63,867 bases of DNA, filler included, from Collodictyon triciliatum (GCA_043381765.1; 20 parts of 20 records of this genome joined end to end with filler, not necessarily neighbours in it); one strand, 5' to 3'; counted from the whole stretch's first letter, positions 42,350 through 55,764 are shown. Numbers and translations are program-made. Notes: a model not told the origin generated them from the letters alone.

Positions 42350-44250
42350 ATGAAGAAAAGAAAACCTCTTGAGTCTGGGAATATAAAGTCAGTAAACCCA
42401 GACTATCGAAATGTGAAAACGTCTCTAAAGTCGATTGTAAAGAATGCAGATGACTATGACAAAATCAACGATACAGGTTTATTGTGTCATAATTTGGTTA
42501 TCGACACTTATCTGTGTCCAAGATGCTACATATTGTAATCAAAACAACTCCCAACAATCGATGAAATGTTTTTTTTTTGTACGCTTTAAGACTGTCGGAA
42601 TAATTTCACAAGATAGACCCACAAATTTAATAAACAGAAATGAGCAATGACATGATGACTTTCCATCTCAATGATTTTCGATTCCTTTTGTCCCGAAAAG
42701 AACGCTTTCCGTTGGTTGGACTGTCTCATGTATTACCGTACTTGGCGAAGTAAATGCTAACAGCTTATCATAATAACATTAAGGAACATTTTGTAAAGAG
42801 GTTACTGCGCTTTATAAATAAAACAGTTCCTAAAGACGAGAATATTACTGAAACTATTAAAAAGACAGAGTTACGAAAGTTAAAAAAAAAGCCATCTTCA
42901 AGAAACTCGACATCCCGGAACAATACAAAGAATGGGCTAAACCGCATTTGAATCATATCATTCCCGGCAATATTGTAAAAGGTATCGAATATGACGTCAA
43001 AGTCAATACAAATAAGTACATTCCATGTCTGATTTACATGAATCGCATTTTTGAGGACATTGGAACCAAACTGTTTCAACCAATCTCTATAAGAACTATC
43101 AATATGCCATTTCATATTACTCTAGATACTACATGTTTGATATATATATATATATATATATTAGTATTGTCTGGAAAAGCATTTTTACTGAAGAATAAAC
43201 CAGGATGCAAAGAGACCCTATGGGATAAGTTTTTTGAAATGAAGAAGAGGGGTTTTCATCAAAGAGACTACAATTTTAAATACACGATACAAACAGACGG
43301 GTTGGCGTTGTCATTATTGTTTGAAAAGAAAGGTATCTTAAATTCAAAATCAAAATAAATTCAAATAAAATCCAAGAATATGTTTATATAGATGAACTTT
43401 CCGAAGAGCAGTTATCTTTATTAGCGACAAAAAAAATTAGTTTGAGTGGATGCAGGCAAGTTTAATATGGTTTACATGGTGGCGGAGACAGGTAAGAAAT
43501 TACGTTACACGACACACCAAATAAGACATGATAGCAAACCTCTTGAAAATCACAAAATACTCTTGCGCGAGAAAAAAATAAAGTACGATGACTTTAGGGA
43601 TATACATGGCAACAGATTTACAAAGTGCTGTTTCTTTTGGTCTCGGGACTTTTGAAGAGAATCAGCAGTTTGAGACATCAAGAGTATCTTTAATCGATTT
43701 AGAGACAGAACTGAGTAAACAAAATTCATGCACGGTCAATTATGAAAAAATTCGAAAATATGTATGTCCATGAAATCAAGATACCAGATAGAATTATCCA
43801 GATTTTATGAATAATGAACTTTTCGAAAGATGAGACGGAGACACTATGCTAATACAAAAAGAAGTGAAGAATTGTTTATGGACTGAATCGAAAATACATT
43901 TGGCAATTATGTTGTACTGGTGAATGGAGAGTGGAGCAGAAAATCTCTGATGAAACATTTTATGCCAACAATCGGAAGAGGATTACGAAAAATACAATCC
44001 AAACGTTTTGATACAGTTAGTATAGATGAATTTAGAACCTCCAAGATGTGCTGCAACTGCGAAAAAGAACTGGAATATATGAAACCGAAAGGAAATTCAA
44101 AAAAATGTGTATAGATGTCTCGTATGTAAATAATGCAATCGCCCAGAAAGCAAACAAAGTGTATTCTTGATAAGGGACTTTAACAGCGCTAAAAATATAC
44201 TCAACAAAGTTCTTTTTACCCTTCAAAATATGCATACATCTTTCTTTTAA
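42350..44250 (+). pseudogene. Degenerate Fanzor1 (eukaryotic TnpB-derived RNA-guided RuvC nuclease)
   Basis: Collinear fragments across frameshifts and stops: VKTSLKSI, YHNNIKEHF..RLLRFIN, YDVK....Y....IYM, ITLDT, FKYTIQTDGLALSLLF, RuvC-I VDAGK (43446), RYTTHQ, LETELSKQNS, FG...NGEWS...MPTIGRGLRK, RuvC-II SIDEFRTS (~44020), CCNC and CK*C zinc finger, RuvC-III RDFNSAKNI (44173). Intronless. Confidence 0.88.
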
Positions 44251-44400
44251 AAAAAATAGTCTGTTTGGTCTTCCTGGCAACCTTAACCACTACGCAACCT
44301 CTGTGAAAAAAGTGGTGAGACCTCGAATACTAGCGCAGCAAGTTTATCAATCGAAAGATGGCATACTGCTTCTAGTAAATAAGTAATTGTGGCCACTAAT
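44251..44400 (+). ncRNA. Candidate Fanzor omegaRNA scaffold / element 3' end
   Basis: Relatively GC-rich island directly 3' of the ORF with nested stems GGTCT/AGACC, ACCACT/AGTGGT, TACTAG/CTAGTA, GCAG/CTGC and ATC-GAAA-GAT. Confidence 0.4.
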
Positions 44401-44804
44401 AATCAATTAACTAATTTTTTTTAAGAAAGGATATAAATTCCATATTAGTAATGTAGACGACATGATACATTGATGTCGTTTTACCATTTTTGTTCATAGA
44501 CACAAAAACGCATTTGGCCATCAAAATGGCTCTCCTCTGTTGGTGCTGTATGCATTCTTCTGCTTTCTGACATGGAAGAATCATCGCCTAACATCCAACG
44601 CGTGCCAATATACTATTGAGCCAGGAAGAGAACCGATATACACACCACGAACTATTAAAAAAACAAAAACAAAAAACAAAAAACAAAAAACAAAAAACAA
44701 AAANNNNNNNNNNNNNNNNNNNNNNNNNNNNNNNNNNNNNNNNNNNNTTAATTAATTAANNNNNNNNNNNNNNNNNNNNNNNNNNNNNNNNNNNNNNNNN
44801 NNNT

Positions 44805-44840
<36 letters not shown>

Positions 44841-44842
44841 TC

Positions 44843-44921
<79 letters not shown>

Positions 44922-45036
44922 TCATTCATTTTTTGTTCAATTTGTTTTAATTTTGTTTCGTGAGAACAGGCCCTATTTCATTCATGCTGGTATTTCTTTT
45001 TATTTCTTTTTGACTTTTTTTTATAATAAGAGTCCC

Positions 45037-47734
45037 ATGGAACTTTCTGAGGAACACGAAAAAGGCTTGAAAACAGGTATCAGAAGCATTTGCACTCTTC
45101 CGAAAGATTTTTTAACGATGATTCATCGAATCTGACCATGTTCGCGTTGCATCGCGTGACTTGATGTTTTCATGCATTTAGTTCATTTTTATCTTTAGTT
45201 TCCTATGTGACATCTATGCACATGAACGATAGCCCTCCTAGAATATCCTGACTATTTACTGACTGATTATCAGAATGTAACATCAAATTATTTACTTTTA
45301 ATATTAAAAGATGTTCAAGTTATTACTATCAACACCGTGGGAGATTGTCCATCTAGTCGCCTCGGTCACTCTGCAGTGGTTTATAAAGACTCGATGTATG
45401 TGTATGGTGGCTTCGACTCAAACAAACAGTTTGATTCAAGCATTTACGAATATTCTTTCGGTCAGTAAACTAATTGATTTGTATAACAATAGTATTTATC
45501 AAGACTGTAATCGTAATTGTAATTGTAATCATAACTGTAATCATGATACACATTCCTCTTTTACATAGATACTTTGCCCACTTTCACTCTACTAAATGAT
45601 GCATTCATTTGAACCTTTTTTTCTTGTTTGTCGCACACAGCCCAACGCAAATGGAAAATAGTTCAATCTTCTGGTATAGTTCCACCAGGGCGCCAGTTTC
45701 ACTCCTGCAACGTTATTGGAGACTCTATGATAGTTTTCGGCGGTGTTGATTCTCAGCGACAATTGCTGTCGTCTGTGTTGGAGTTCTCTTTTGGTAATTA
45801 TTATCCTTTTCTTTTCTTTCTCAGTTTTATTGAGCGCTTATACTTTCACTCGCGTTCATAGAGTTCAATATCCGCTTATTTATATGATGATCTTTTACAC
45901 GAATCATAGCCATAAAATTTGTCACTGTATATGTCTGATCTACTTTATGAACTGTTAAAAGTCACGAACGAATGGAAAGAAGTTATTACTACTGGTGAGG
46001 CTCCGCCGGCTCGATTTGATCNNNNNNNNNNNNNNNNNNNNNNNNNNNNNNNNNNNNNNNNNNNNNNNNNNNNNNNNNNNNNNNNNNNNNNNNNNNNNNN
46101 NNNNNNNNNNNNNNNNNNNNNNNNNNNNNNNNNNNNNNNNNNNNNNNNNNNNNNNNNNNNNNNNNNNNNNNNNNNNNNNNNNNNNNNNNNNNNNNNNNNN
46201 NNNNNNNNNNNNNNNNNNNNNNNNNNNNNNNNNNNNNNNNNNNNNNNNNNNNNNNNNNNNNNNNNNNNNNNNNNNNNNNNNNNNNNNNNNNNNNNNNNNN
46301 NNNNNNNNNNNNNNNNNNNNNNNNNNNNNNNNNNNNNNNNNNNNNNNNNNNNNNNNNNNNNNNNNNNNNNNNNNNNNNNNNNNNNNNNNNNNNNNNNNNN
46401 NNNNNNNNNNNNNNNNNNNNNNNNNNNNNNNNNNNNNNNNNNNNNNNNNNNNNNNNNNNNNNNNNNNNNNNNNNNNNNNNNNNNNNNNNNNNNNNNNNNN
46501 NNNNNNNNNNNNNNNNNNNNNNNNNNNNNNNNNNNNNNNNNNNNNNNNNNNNNNNNNNNNNNNNNNNNNNNNNNNNNNNNNNNNNNNNNNNNNNNNNNNN
46601 NNNNNNNNNNNNNNNNNNNNNNNNNNNNNNNNNNNNNNNNNATCTGGGCATTCGTAATGAAAACTTTCAAATTGAAGCTACATATTTTGGCCAAATTGTA
46701 AATTTAGCAGAAAATCGTGCAATTGATTACGTTCTCCTTGCATTACGAATATTGTCCTTTTTTATATAAAAAAATAGAGAAGGGAAGGGAAGGATGACAA
46801 ATTCAAATAATAATTTCTCTCTTTTTTCTTTTAATTTTTGCGTTCCCTAATTTCTTCCTTTTTTAAAAAAAAAATATCAGTGCATCATTGGTTGACGATA
46901 CCATATTCATATTCGGTGGATGGACAAAATCTTTGATGATTGGTTCATGTATAAACAGAGTTCTTAAATTAAACCTGGGTAATCTACCAAACCATTTTTT
47001 TAAAACTGTGTGAAGTTCCAAATATTTTCGCCATTGAAAAATTTCGTGATCTTATATATTGCCCTCTGCCTGAATTTCGTATCTTAAGCATATCTTCTTT
47101 ATATCTTATCCTGCTAATACTATAGTCACTCGTGAATGGTCAGAACTCGAGCTGCTACACCCTCCACAATCCAGGCGCTTTCACACCGCGGTTACCTTCC
47201 AGAAACTTATATACATTTTTGGTAAAATTTAGTAGCGTAGTATTATAATTTCAATTTATGCATCTTGCATTTTAAACAATCATTTCTGTTTTGTGAATTG
47301 CATTTTTACAATTTTCTATACACTACAAGGTGGGGATGGTATCGGTCGGCAATATAATGACTTAAATGTATTCCAAACAGGTTATCGATTTCAGACATTT
47401 TCACTATTATATACTTCGCATATGATTGCATAAGTTTTTTTTGTCTGCACATGCCTCATCTTCAACAAATCTGGTTGCCCTGCTACTTGTTCCTTTAGCA
47501 ACACATATATGGAAAAAATGTACTCTTCGCGGCAGGGAATGTGATATTCCTTTGACAAGATCGAAACATTCTTCCGTTGTTTACAACAATAAGATGTAAT
47601 TTTAATATTTCTGAGTATATCTGCGATTGTTTTTACTTGAGTTTCTCATAAAACATTAATTGTCAGGTATGTATTTGGTGGTGAGCACGCAGTATCACAA
47701 AAGTATCTCAATGACATCGCTGAATTTCAATTGC
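45037..47734 (+). CDS. Kelch-repeat protein, multi-exon, 3' truncated
   Basis: PSSRLGHSAVVYKDSMYVYGG, PPGRQFHSCNVIGDSMIVFGG, PPARF, SRRFHTAVTFQKLIYIFGG, RSKHSSVVYNNKMYVFGG. Confidence 0.9.
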
Positions 47735-48104
47735 GTAATTTTCTTTCTAAATTGATGAAATGACAATATGATTTCTTTATTCTTTATCTTATATTATTCA
47801 TTTTGTTCTTTGTTCTTTGTTCTTTGTTCTTTGTTCTTTGTTCTTTGTTCTTTGTTCTTTGTTCTTTGTTCTTTGTTCTTTGCTCTTTGCTCTTTGTTCN
47901 NNNNNNNNNNNNNNNNNNNNNNNNNNNNNNNNNNNNNNNNNNNTTAATTAATTAANNNNNNNNNNNNNNNNNNNNNNNNNNNNNNNNNNNNNNNNNNNNA
48001 AAAAAAAAAAAAAAAAAAGGGGGCAACTAAAAAACAACAAAAAATAAAAAAAAAAAGAAATAAAAAAAATTTAAAAAGTACAAAAAAAAAAAAAAAAGGC
48101 TTAC

Positions 48105-48303
48105 GAAAGATAGATCGGTAGTGAATGCGAGTGATTTCTTCTCTGTCGTTCTCATGAATCTGTCTTTGGTTGGGTTTTGGAGACAGCTTTGGCGTTTGGT
48201 TGCCAGGAAGGCCATAGATCGCGTGCCGAGGTGAGGGAAGCGCTTTTGATCTCGGCGCGCTGGACGGAGGAGGACCGATCGGTGCATTTGATCTGCGACT
48301 CAT
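48105..48303 (-). CDS. Probable first exon of a gene divergent from Ras (unknown product)
   Basis: ATG at 48303, Pro/Ser-rich open frame ending at a GTAAG donor. Confidence 0.4.
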
Positions 48304-49131
48304 GATTCTGCGAGGAGCGAAGCTGCTCCACAAGTCCGACAGGTTGTGAGGAAGAAAAGAGTCAGAAAGTGCTCGGGCTTTATTGTGTGCTGATGTCCTC
48401 CTGTTGCGATGGGCATTGTTATCATCGCCAGAAAGAAATCCATGCGTCTCTTACCAAGCCTCAAGGACCTCTCTTTTCCCTTTTTTTTCTTTTTCTATCT
48501 CCCACACATCCCCACCTACTTTGGAACTACTTGCTTGATGGTTGAATGAAAGATTGTTGAGACGGGCTCAACAGCCAAGACTTTTAGAATAATAAAAAGA
48601 AAAAAATCATCGCCAGTCGTTGCCGTGAGGGGAATGCACAAATAAAACAGCGTTCTATCATACCAAATATGCACACTTGGAATATTATATCTGGAATATA
48701 TTTATATTTTTATAATTACTTTTATAGTATCCTTTTAATGGACTCATAATATGCAAAAAACCATATAAAAACATTTATGTGCATTAGGTAAGAGACTGAA
48801 ACTAATCTGTCTACACTATCAGCAGATGCATCCATCTTTGATGGAACTCTCATGGAAATTTATGCAATTGGACATATGTTTGCACAATCTTCTGTGGTGC
48901 ACCATTTCCTGGAGTGTCCCACAGAGCGTTTCCTGGATCATTTCGCCAGACAATCCCTTCGGCGCTCATATAAGTGTCTCGCCCAGCGAAATCTTTTGCG
49001 GGGTTTGCAGGTGATGGAGAAACACAGCACAAACAAGCGAATCGTTGCACATCCAAGCCGAGCACCGCAGTCGCCAGAGACAAACACACACCGAGCAAAG
49101 ACCCAACAGAGGAAAAAGAAAAGAGACAGTA

Positions 49132-50199
49132 ATGACCGAATACAAGCTTGTAAGTAAATCCTACTTTCGAACCCTTCCAAAATGTGGATTAATAGAATCG
49201 CTGGCATGTTGTTTGGGGTCTTGTGTGCGTTGATGGCATTGACCGTTGGCTTATATCGTTTCTCATCGTTCTGTTTAACAAGGTCGTTGTTGGAGGTGGA
49301 GGTGTCGGAAAATCTGCCCTTACCATCCAGCTCATCCAAAACCACTTCGTTGATGAATATGACCCTACAATCGGTGAGTTTAAGAGAGAATACCTTGCTG
49401 GACATGTAAAATGGAACTGAGTAAAGATATCCGCCGATGTCCTCGGAGCATGTAAAGCCAAACCATGTAATCGATTTTATTACAGAGGACAGCTATCGCA
49501 AGCAAGTCATCATCGACGAGGAAACATGCTTGCTGGACATTTTGGATACTGCTGGGCAAGAAGAGTACAGCGCAATGCGAGACCAGGTATATATATTTTT
49601 ATTTTTTTAGCTCAAACGTCTCCTCTTATTTCTTTCAAACCAATAAACCAACAAAACGAACGCAGGATAACCTCACCTTTCACCATGCCAAGGCCCAAAC
49701 CCTACCCTTACTGACGTTTTTTTTTCGCATTCGTAATCAGTACATGCGGGCAGGAGAGGGATTCCTCTGCGTATACAGCATTACATCTCGCAGCAGCTTT
49801 GACGAAATAAGCTCTTTCAGAGATCAAATCCTCCGTGTAAAAGATGCTGACAAGGTATTCAAGATCGGGACCATCAGATATCTGCTACTCTGGAGACTTT
49901 TCAGCGTAAACCTCTCTAAAACGACATGTGGCTCAAGAGTTGTTTACACACATTAGGTTCCTATGGCGATCCTAGGCAACAAGTGCGACCTGGAGAATGA
50001 GAGGCAAGTCTCCACAGCCGAAGGGCGAGAGCTTGCAAAGAGCATCGGATGTCCGTTCATGGAGACATCCGCGAAGACACGAGTGAATGTAGAGGAAAGT
50101 TTCTTTGAGCTCGTGCGTGAGATTCGCCGACAAATGAACAGCTTGGGCCCTGGCAAGGGCAAGTCGAGAGGAAACCGAAAAAACTGCCTTTTGCTCTAA
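49132..50199 (+). CDS. ras: Ras small GTPase, complete, 5 exons
   Basis: Exons 49132-49149, 49283-49373, 49486-49586, 49741-49854 and 49957-50199 give [22 protein letters not shown]...YDPTIEDSY...DTAGQEEY...NKCD...ETSAK...CLLL (CaaX). Confidence 0.98.
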
Positions 50200-51194
50200 T
50201 TCTCTCCGGCTACAAGGAGGTCGTTCGAAAGGGCGAGGTGTGATTGCTTGATTACTCTTGCCGGAAACCCTTCGGTAACTTCACAATACCTCAGTCTGCC
50301 AAGAATTCCTTGTGTGAAGTAGCCCTTAAAACACCGATAGCTTTTACTCCTAAAAACTTTCTGCTGTTTCATCCCTCCATCTGCAACTTTCCTCTATTCC
50401 TTCTCTATATCTCCTGCTCCTTGCTCCCTTCCATTTTCATTTTCATTCAAACTCGTCAAGCCCACACACACCTTGTCAGCAAAGACTCAGGGCAGAAGGC
50501 GACACGAATGAGGAGACGCCCGGACATGAGCAACCAAGAACACGCAAACACACAACACAGGCCAACTTTTCTCTTCCAGTTCTTTCAACCACCCCAAGTG
50601 CGCGAGCATTTGGGCTTGGGGAAAAAGCAATTCACACAACCACCTTTCGCATTCATGCCTTCCCATTTCCTCCAAACATCTCTTACTCTCTACACATTAC
50701 CCATCTCCTCAAGTCTGTGCGGTTTGCGTGTTCTGCTCTCTGTAAAAATGTCGGGTCGATCTCTTTGTTGGTCGCTGGGATCTGTCTGAGGAAGCTGAAA
50801 TAAACATGTACCCATGTCATGAATCCTGCCGGCCAGTAGACACGGGTGGCGGTGAGTGAGGGCAGCAGCGGCGGCCGAGCTTGTGTTTGCTTGCGGCGTG
50901 TGCTTGTCATTGGAATCCCCGGTCAACTGTTCAAACGAAAACACATGAAAAACACATGAAAAACACATAAAAAACACATAAAAAACACATAAAAAACACA
51001 TAAAAAACACATAAAAAACACATAAAAAACACATAAAAAACACATAAAAAACACATAAAAAACACATAAAAAACACATAAAAAACACATAAAAANNNNNN
51101 NNNNNNNNNNNNNNNNNNNNNNNNNNNNNNNNNNNNNNTTAATTAATTAANNNNNNNNNNNNNNNNNNNNNNNNNNNNNNNNNNNNNNNNNNNN

Positions 51195-51233
<39 letters not shown>

Positions 51234-54200
51234 CAATTTTCTTAGCCCCGGCATTAAATGGAGGATATGTTTCAACAATTATTACAAACTAGACAACTTC
51301 AGCAAAGCTCCGAGACTTGTAGAGGTGAACGCAAGAAAGAATATATGTATTTTACCCGGCTGTGACCTTATATGAGTTGTGACGAAAAATAGGTTTATGT
51401 TTTGGGTCGATCAAACAGAAAGTCAAGCTAAGATGTTTCTGGAATTTATAGTATTTAATATGTATTTCATTCTCAGATTTGTAATCAACTGGAGAATGGA
51501 AAGGAAAACAGAGTCGAGGAAAGCGCCTTTGCCCCTGGGATAAAAATGAGCTATGGACGAGGCAGTGGCAAACCCCAGATTGTGCGGTTGGGGTTTTGTG
51601 TTTTGAGTGGAGAAAAGAAGAAAAAGAACAAAAAAGAACAAAAAAGAACAAAAAAAAAAAAAAAAACTAGAAAGGAGAGAAAGCTTTCTCACACGCAGAC
51701 TATTCTACCCGAGGTGATAAAATCCATCACGGTTCCTGGTTGTGTTCGGGACTGACAGAACAGCGGATAAAGTGGTCGGGTCGATGAAAGTATGCACGTG
51801 GATTACTTCTCAAATGGATTCCGATGGGTCCTTTCAGTTGCCTGCCTTAGACAATTATCGCATTCATTTAACGCAAGTGTTATTTTAGTGAAAAAGATTA
51901 TATAAAAGCACAATAAGTGGCGCGGAGAAGCGAGGTACTGAAAAAAGAAAACAAAGATATAAGGGCTTTGTTTTTATTTTGTTATATTGCGGAGCTGGTA
52001 TATTCTTACTGTTATTCACAAGCATGCCAGAGAGAATCCTTTGGGAGTAGAAGAAGGACTTTCTCTATGGCTTTTATATCTTGTGCAAAATATTTCATTG
52101 GCCATGATGTTTGTGTAGATTCTCTGATTATTATTTTTTTTGCATATATTTTTATTTTCAGTTGTTGGTTGTTCTGAATGCGATATCTAAAGTTCCTCTC
52201 ATCGCCACTGCATGAATACGTGCATATACTTCATGAGACACGCCTGATATGCTTCATATTTCTTCGGTTTATCCGCAAGATTAGCGTCCTAAGAAATAGC
52301 ATATTGGAAATAACGTTGCTATCTCGCGGTATTTTGTCAGCCTGGTCTCTCTTCATGGTATCGTAATTACCAACGTTCTTTTTGTATCCTTTTGTCTTGG
52401 TTTCCAGGCAAACAATATTTATATTGATTATGTGTATGATTTTTTCCCCATATTTAAAATTTTTATTAATATGTTGGATCAAGATATCTTCAGCTTACAC
52501 AACTTTAAAAAAGAGAGAGAATGATAAAATATAAATTCAACTCTTACTGCATTGGTCTGGACTTCACGGTGAGCGTCGCAGTCAGTGTGTATCGTGAAGC
52601 ATTGATTTATGATTAATTTTTGAATAAATAAAAGGAATCATTAATGCAGTACAATCGGGACTGTATTTTGATTATTCATCGTTCGATGATTGCATATACA
52701 AATCCAATAATGCATTAAACAGTGTGTATATTTTAAAACGTCTTGTATAAATATTTTAAAAAGACATGTGTTTTATTTAGCTCATAATGTATTAATCTTG
52801 CTCGATGACCTGAATTTTTACTTTACAATTTATATTTTATAGATTTAAATTAACCTTGCACTGTTAGGATTCTTTATCGTATGCATACTTATGAAAGTAA
52901 TCGTTTATTCATTTCGTAATTGTAAAAAATTGCTGACAGTATGAACAATTTCCTATTCAAATTTATTTATTCCAATTTTTGCCTGTTATCTTTAAATTAT
53001 TTGTGATTAATTTTTGTCATCAATAAATGCATTAATATTTTTTATCGCCATATGTTGCTTATAAACAGTATTCAAGTCTGAATAAGGGTTAGAAATGGCA
53101 ATCGAATTACACAGCTATAATTTTCTCAATATGAAAAGATTAATATATACGTCTAATAAGCGCTCTGAAAACTTGTCATATGAGTTGGCTGTATATTTAA
53201 AATATCATGCGAATACGAATATACACATCGATAGCAATATTTAGTTATTAATCTATCCGTCATCACAAACATCAACAGCTGTATAAATAAATACAGACCC
53301 ATGAACTCATATAAAAATCTTTCAATATTAGCTTATATATTTGGATCAATAAAGGAAAAAAACATGAGCTTACATGAAAGAAAAGTGCCCACAGTTGAGG
53401 GAGATTTCCGTGGCTTCGTTTGATTTAGATAAAACTGTAAGAAAAACCAAATAAAACCACGCGTAAATAAACACAAGTTTTAAAAAGAGCACATTATAGC
53501 GACGAACAACTATGAGTTCTATGAAATAAATATACAAAAAAATTATTTCTCGACCAAATGCTACTATGTGTCACACAACTGCTTCCTTTTCTCAGATTTG
53601 TTGGGTGATTGGTAGGGGTCAGAGCAGATTGCACTCCTCACTTTCCGCTCCTATTTTCATGTGTAATCTAGACCCCCCGAACTTTGAAGTCACTGCCATC
53701 ATGAACTTTACGACCTGCTCGCTCTTATCTCCCCTCAGAGTTATGGTACACATCCTGATGAAATTCTTGTCCCAAAGTCTAGATACGCTATATATATATT
53801 TATGGGCACATGATAGACTTGAACAGCATGTAAATCCAAGACAGAAAGAAATTTTGGTTCTACACATGATGCCATGAAACGCTCAATTATCTTTTCAGCA
53901 CCAATACGACTGCTTGACATTAAATACAAAAACGTATATTCATTCATTTCCCTTCATGATTTTTCCAGAAAAATAATTCATATCATATCATCACTCATTT
54001 GAATCGAATGAAGGAAAAAAACCAGCCTTATTGAAGATGCACTAACCAAGCCTTTGATGTTCACCCAGTTGACAACCTGAAATGGCAATCATTTCTTCTT
54101 GCTTCATAATTTTAAGCGTATGATTATGTATCGTTTGCGCCCTGACTCTTTTTGCTCTCGACAATTGTCAGAAGTAACATATGTATTTCTACACCGAAAC

Positions 54201-54600
54201 ACACTCTCATACAAGTGCAGCTTATAAATATATCGGATATATTGCATTACACACGCAAGACAGACACGTTATCTCGAGCAAGGTGCCANNNNNNNNNNNN
54301 NNNNNNNNNNNNNNNNNNNNNNNNNNNNNNNNTTAATTAATTAANNNNNNNNNNNNNNNNNNNNNNNNNNNNNNNNNNNNNNNNNNNNGAGAGAAAAAAA
54401 AAAGAGAGAAAAAAAAAAGAGAGAAAAAAAAGAGAGAAAAAAAAGAAGAGGAAAAAAAGAAGAGGAAAAAAAGAAGAGGAAAAAAAGAAGAGGAAAAAAA
54501 GAAGAGGAAAAAAAGAAGAGGAAAAAAAAAGAGAGAAAAGCTCCGACAAATGCCAGTTCTGCCAACCTAATAACCGCGACCCTCACCAAAGGCCACACCC

Positions 54601-55410
54601 ATGAACTCTGCCTGTTCCTTCGAAGACTGCATGGCCAAGACTCCACTCTTCCGCTGCGAGGAGTGCGGCGATGTTTTCTGCGGAGCCCACATGGCCACAA
54701 GCACACCAGGCAAAGGCGCCCAACAGATCGGCTCTGGCCTGTGTGACTACTGTGCAAACGACAAGGCCTTTGAGACAGACTTTGAGGGCAGCGGCAGAGT
54801 CGGTGGCGAAGCAGCAGAGGGCGAATACACCGCATACGACGAGTTTGGATACGATGAGTACGACGAGTTTCAGGGGCCGGACGATCAGGAGAACGCGAGA
54901 CAAGAGGCAGCAGCCCTAGACATTGAAAACCAGGACATCGTCTTCTGCATCACAGCAAAGACGATCGAGGAGGACTTTGGGCGTTCCCTCGAGAAGCTGT
55001 TTTACGCAAAGCTCATCGAAGAGCAGTTCCTTTTCATGCTTGATGACACAGTCAACTGGGATAGAGTCCTGAACCCCGCCTCGGAGGGCGAGAGGCAGGT
55101 CGAACTTGTCAAGCTGCAGGCCAGCAAGCCGAAGCGTGGCATCGACGTCATAGACTTTTACCACTCTCGCGGATGGATCGAGCTCCCTTCCGACGAAACC
55201 TGCAAGCTATCTCGCAGTGGATACGAGGTTTGATGCGGCCCCATCTTGCTGCTGGTTGATGCAGTATCGGATGTTCTTGTGTGCTCTATTCACCTCTGCA
55301 AACACCCCTTCTTTTCACCTTCCCGTAGCAACTGGTCAAGTCTCTGGAGTCCGAGCTTGGACGCTTCGAGAGGCCGTACACTCATGAGTACTTTGATGCG
55401 CCAAACTAAT
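54601..55410 (+). CDS. Hypothetical protein with N-terminal Cys/His zinc-binding cluster and acidic linker
   Basis: C-x4-C...CEEC...FCGAH...CDYC; GC-rich open frame; probable intron after 55227. Confidence 0.5.
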
Positions 55411-55687
55411 ATGCCTCTACCATGTAAAAAATGCTGCCGGGACACAGTTGGTTTCCAGACGCGGGCTGCACCTTCATCGTACACGCAAGCTTTACTTTTC
55501 CTCACAGGAACCGAATCAAACACATCCATAAATAAATCCGAAAAGAGAGAAGCAAACATAACTTCGGATGGTCGCGCTGCAAGGCTATCAAAAGAAGAAA
55601 GAGAAAGTAGCCGATGCAGGGAATCGGGATTGCGTCCGTCTGTGATATAGGCAAGCCAACCGCATATTGTTTGTTCCGGGTAGTCAC

Positions 55688-55764
<77 letters not shown>

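Noticed and set aside
42350-44250. Stop-codon reassignment explaining the broken Fanzor ORF
   Set aside because: Frameshifts are also present, and host genes end normally in TAA (Ras, NATD1) and TGA (CYB5D1, EEP).
42100-44420. Terminal inverted repeats or TSD around the Fanzor
   Set aside because: Only very short matches were found (e.g. GCCACAA/TTGTGGC), which is not enough to call element ends by eye.
45919-46701. Long X-filled ORFs (also 10563-11231, 17645-18208, 59007-59839)
   Set aside because: Artefacts of reading through scaffold N gaps.
51194-54288. Recognisable gene in this AT-rich contig (likewise 35214-36500)
   Set aside because: A few exon-like blocks exist, but no family motif could be identified.
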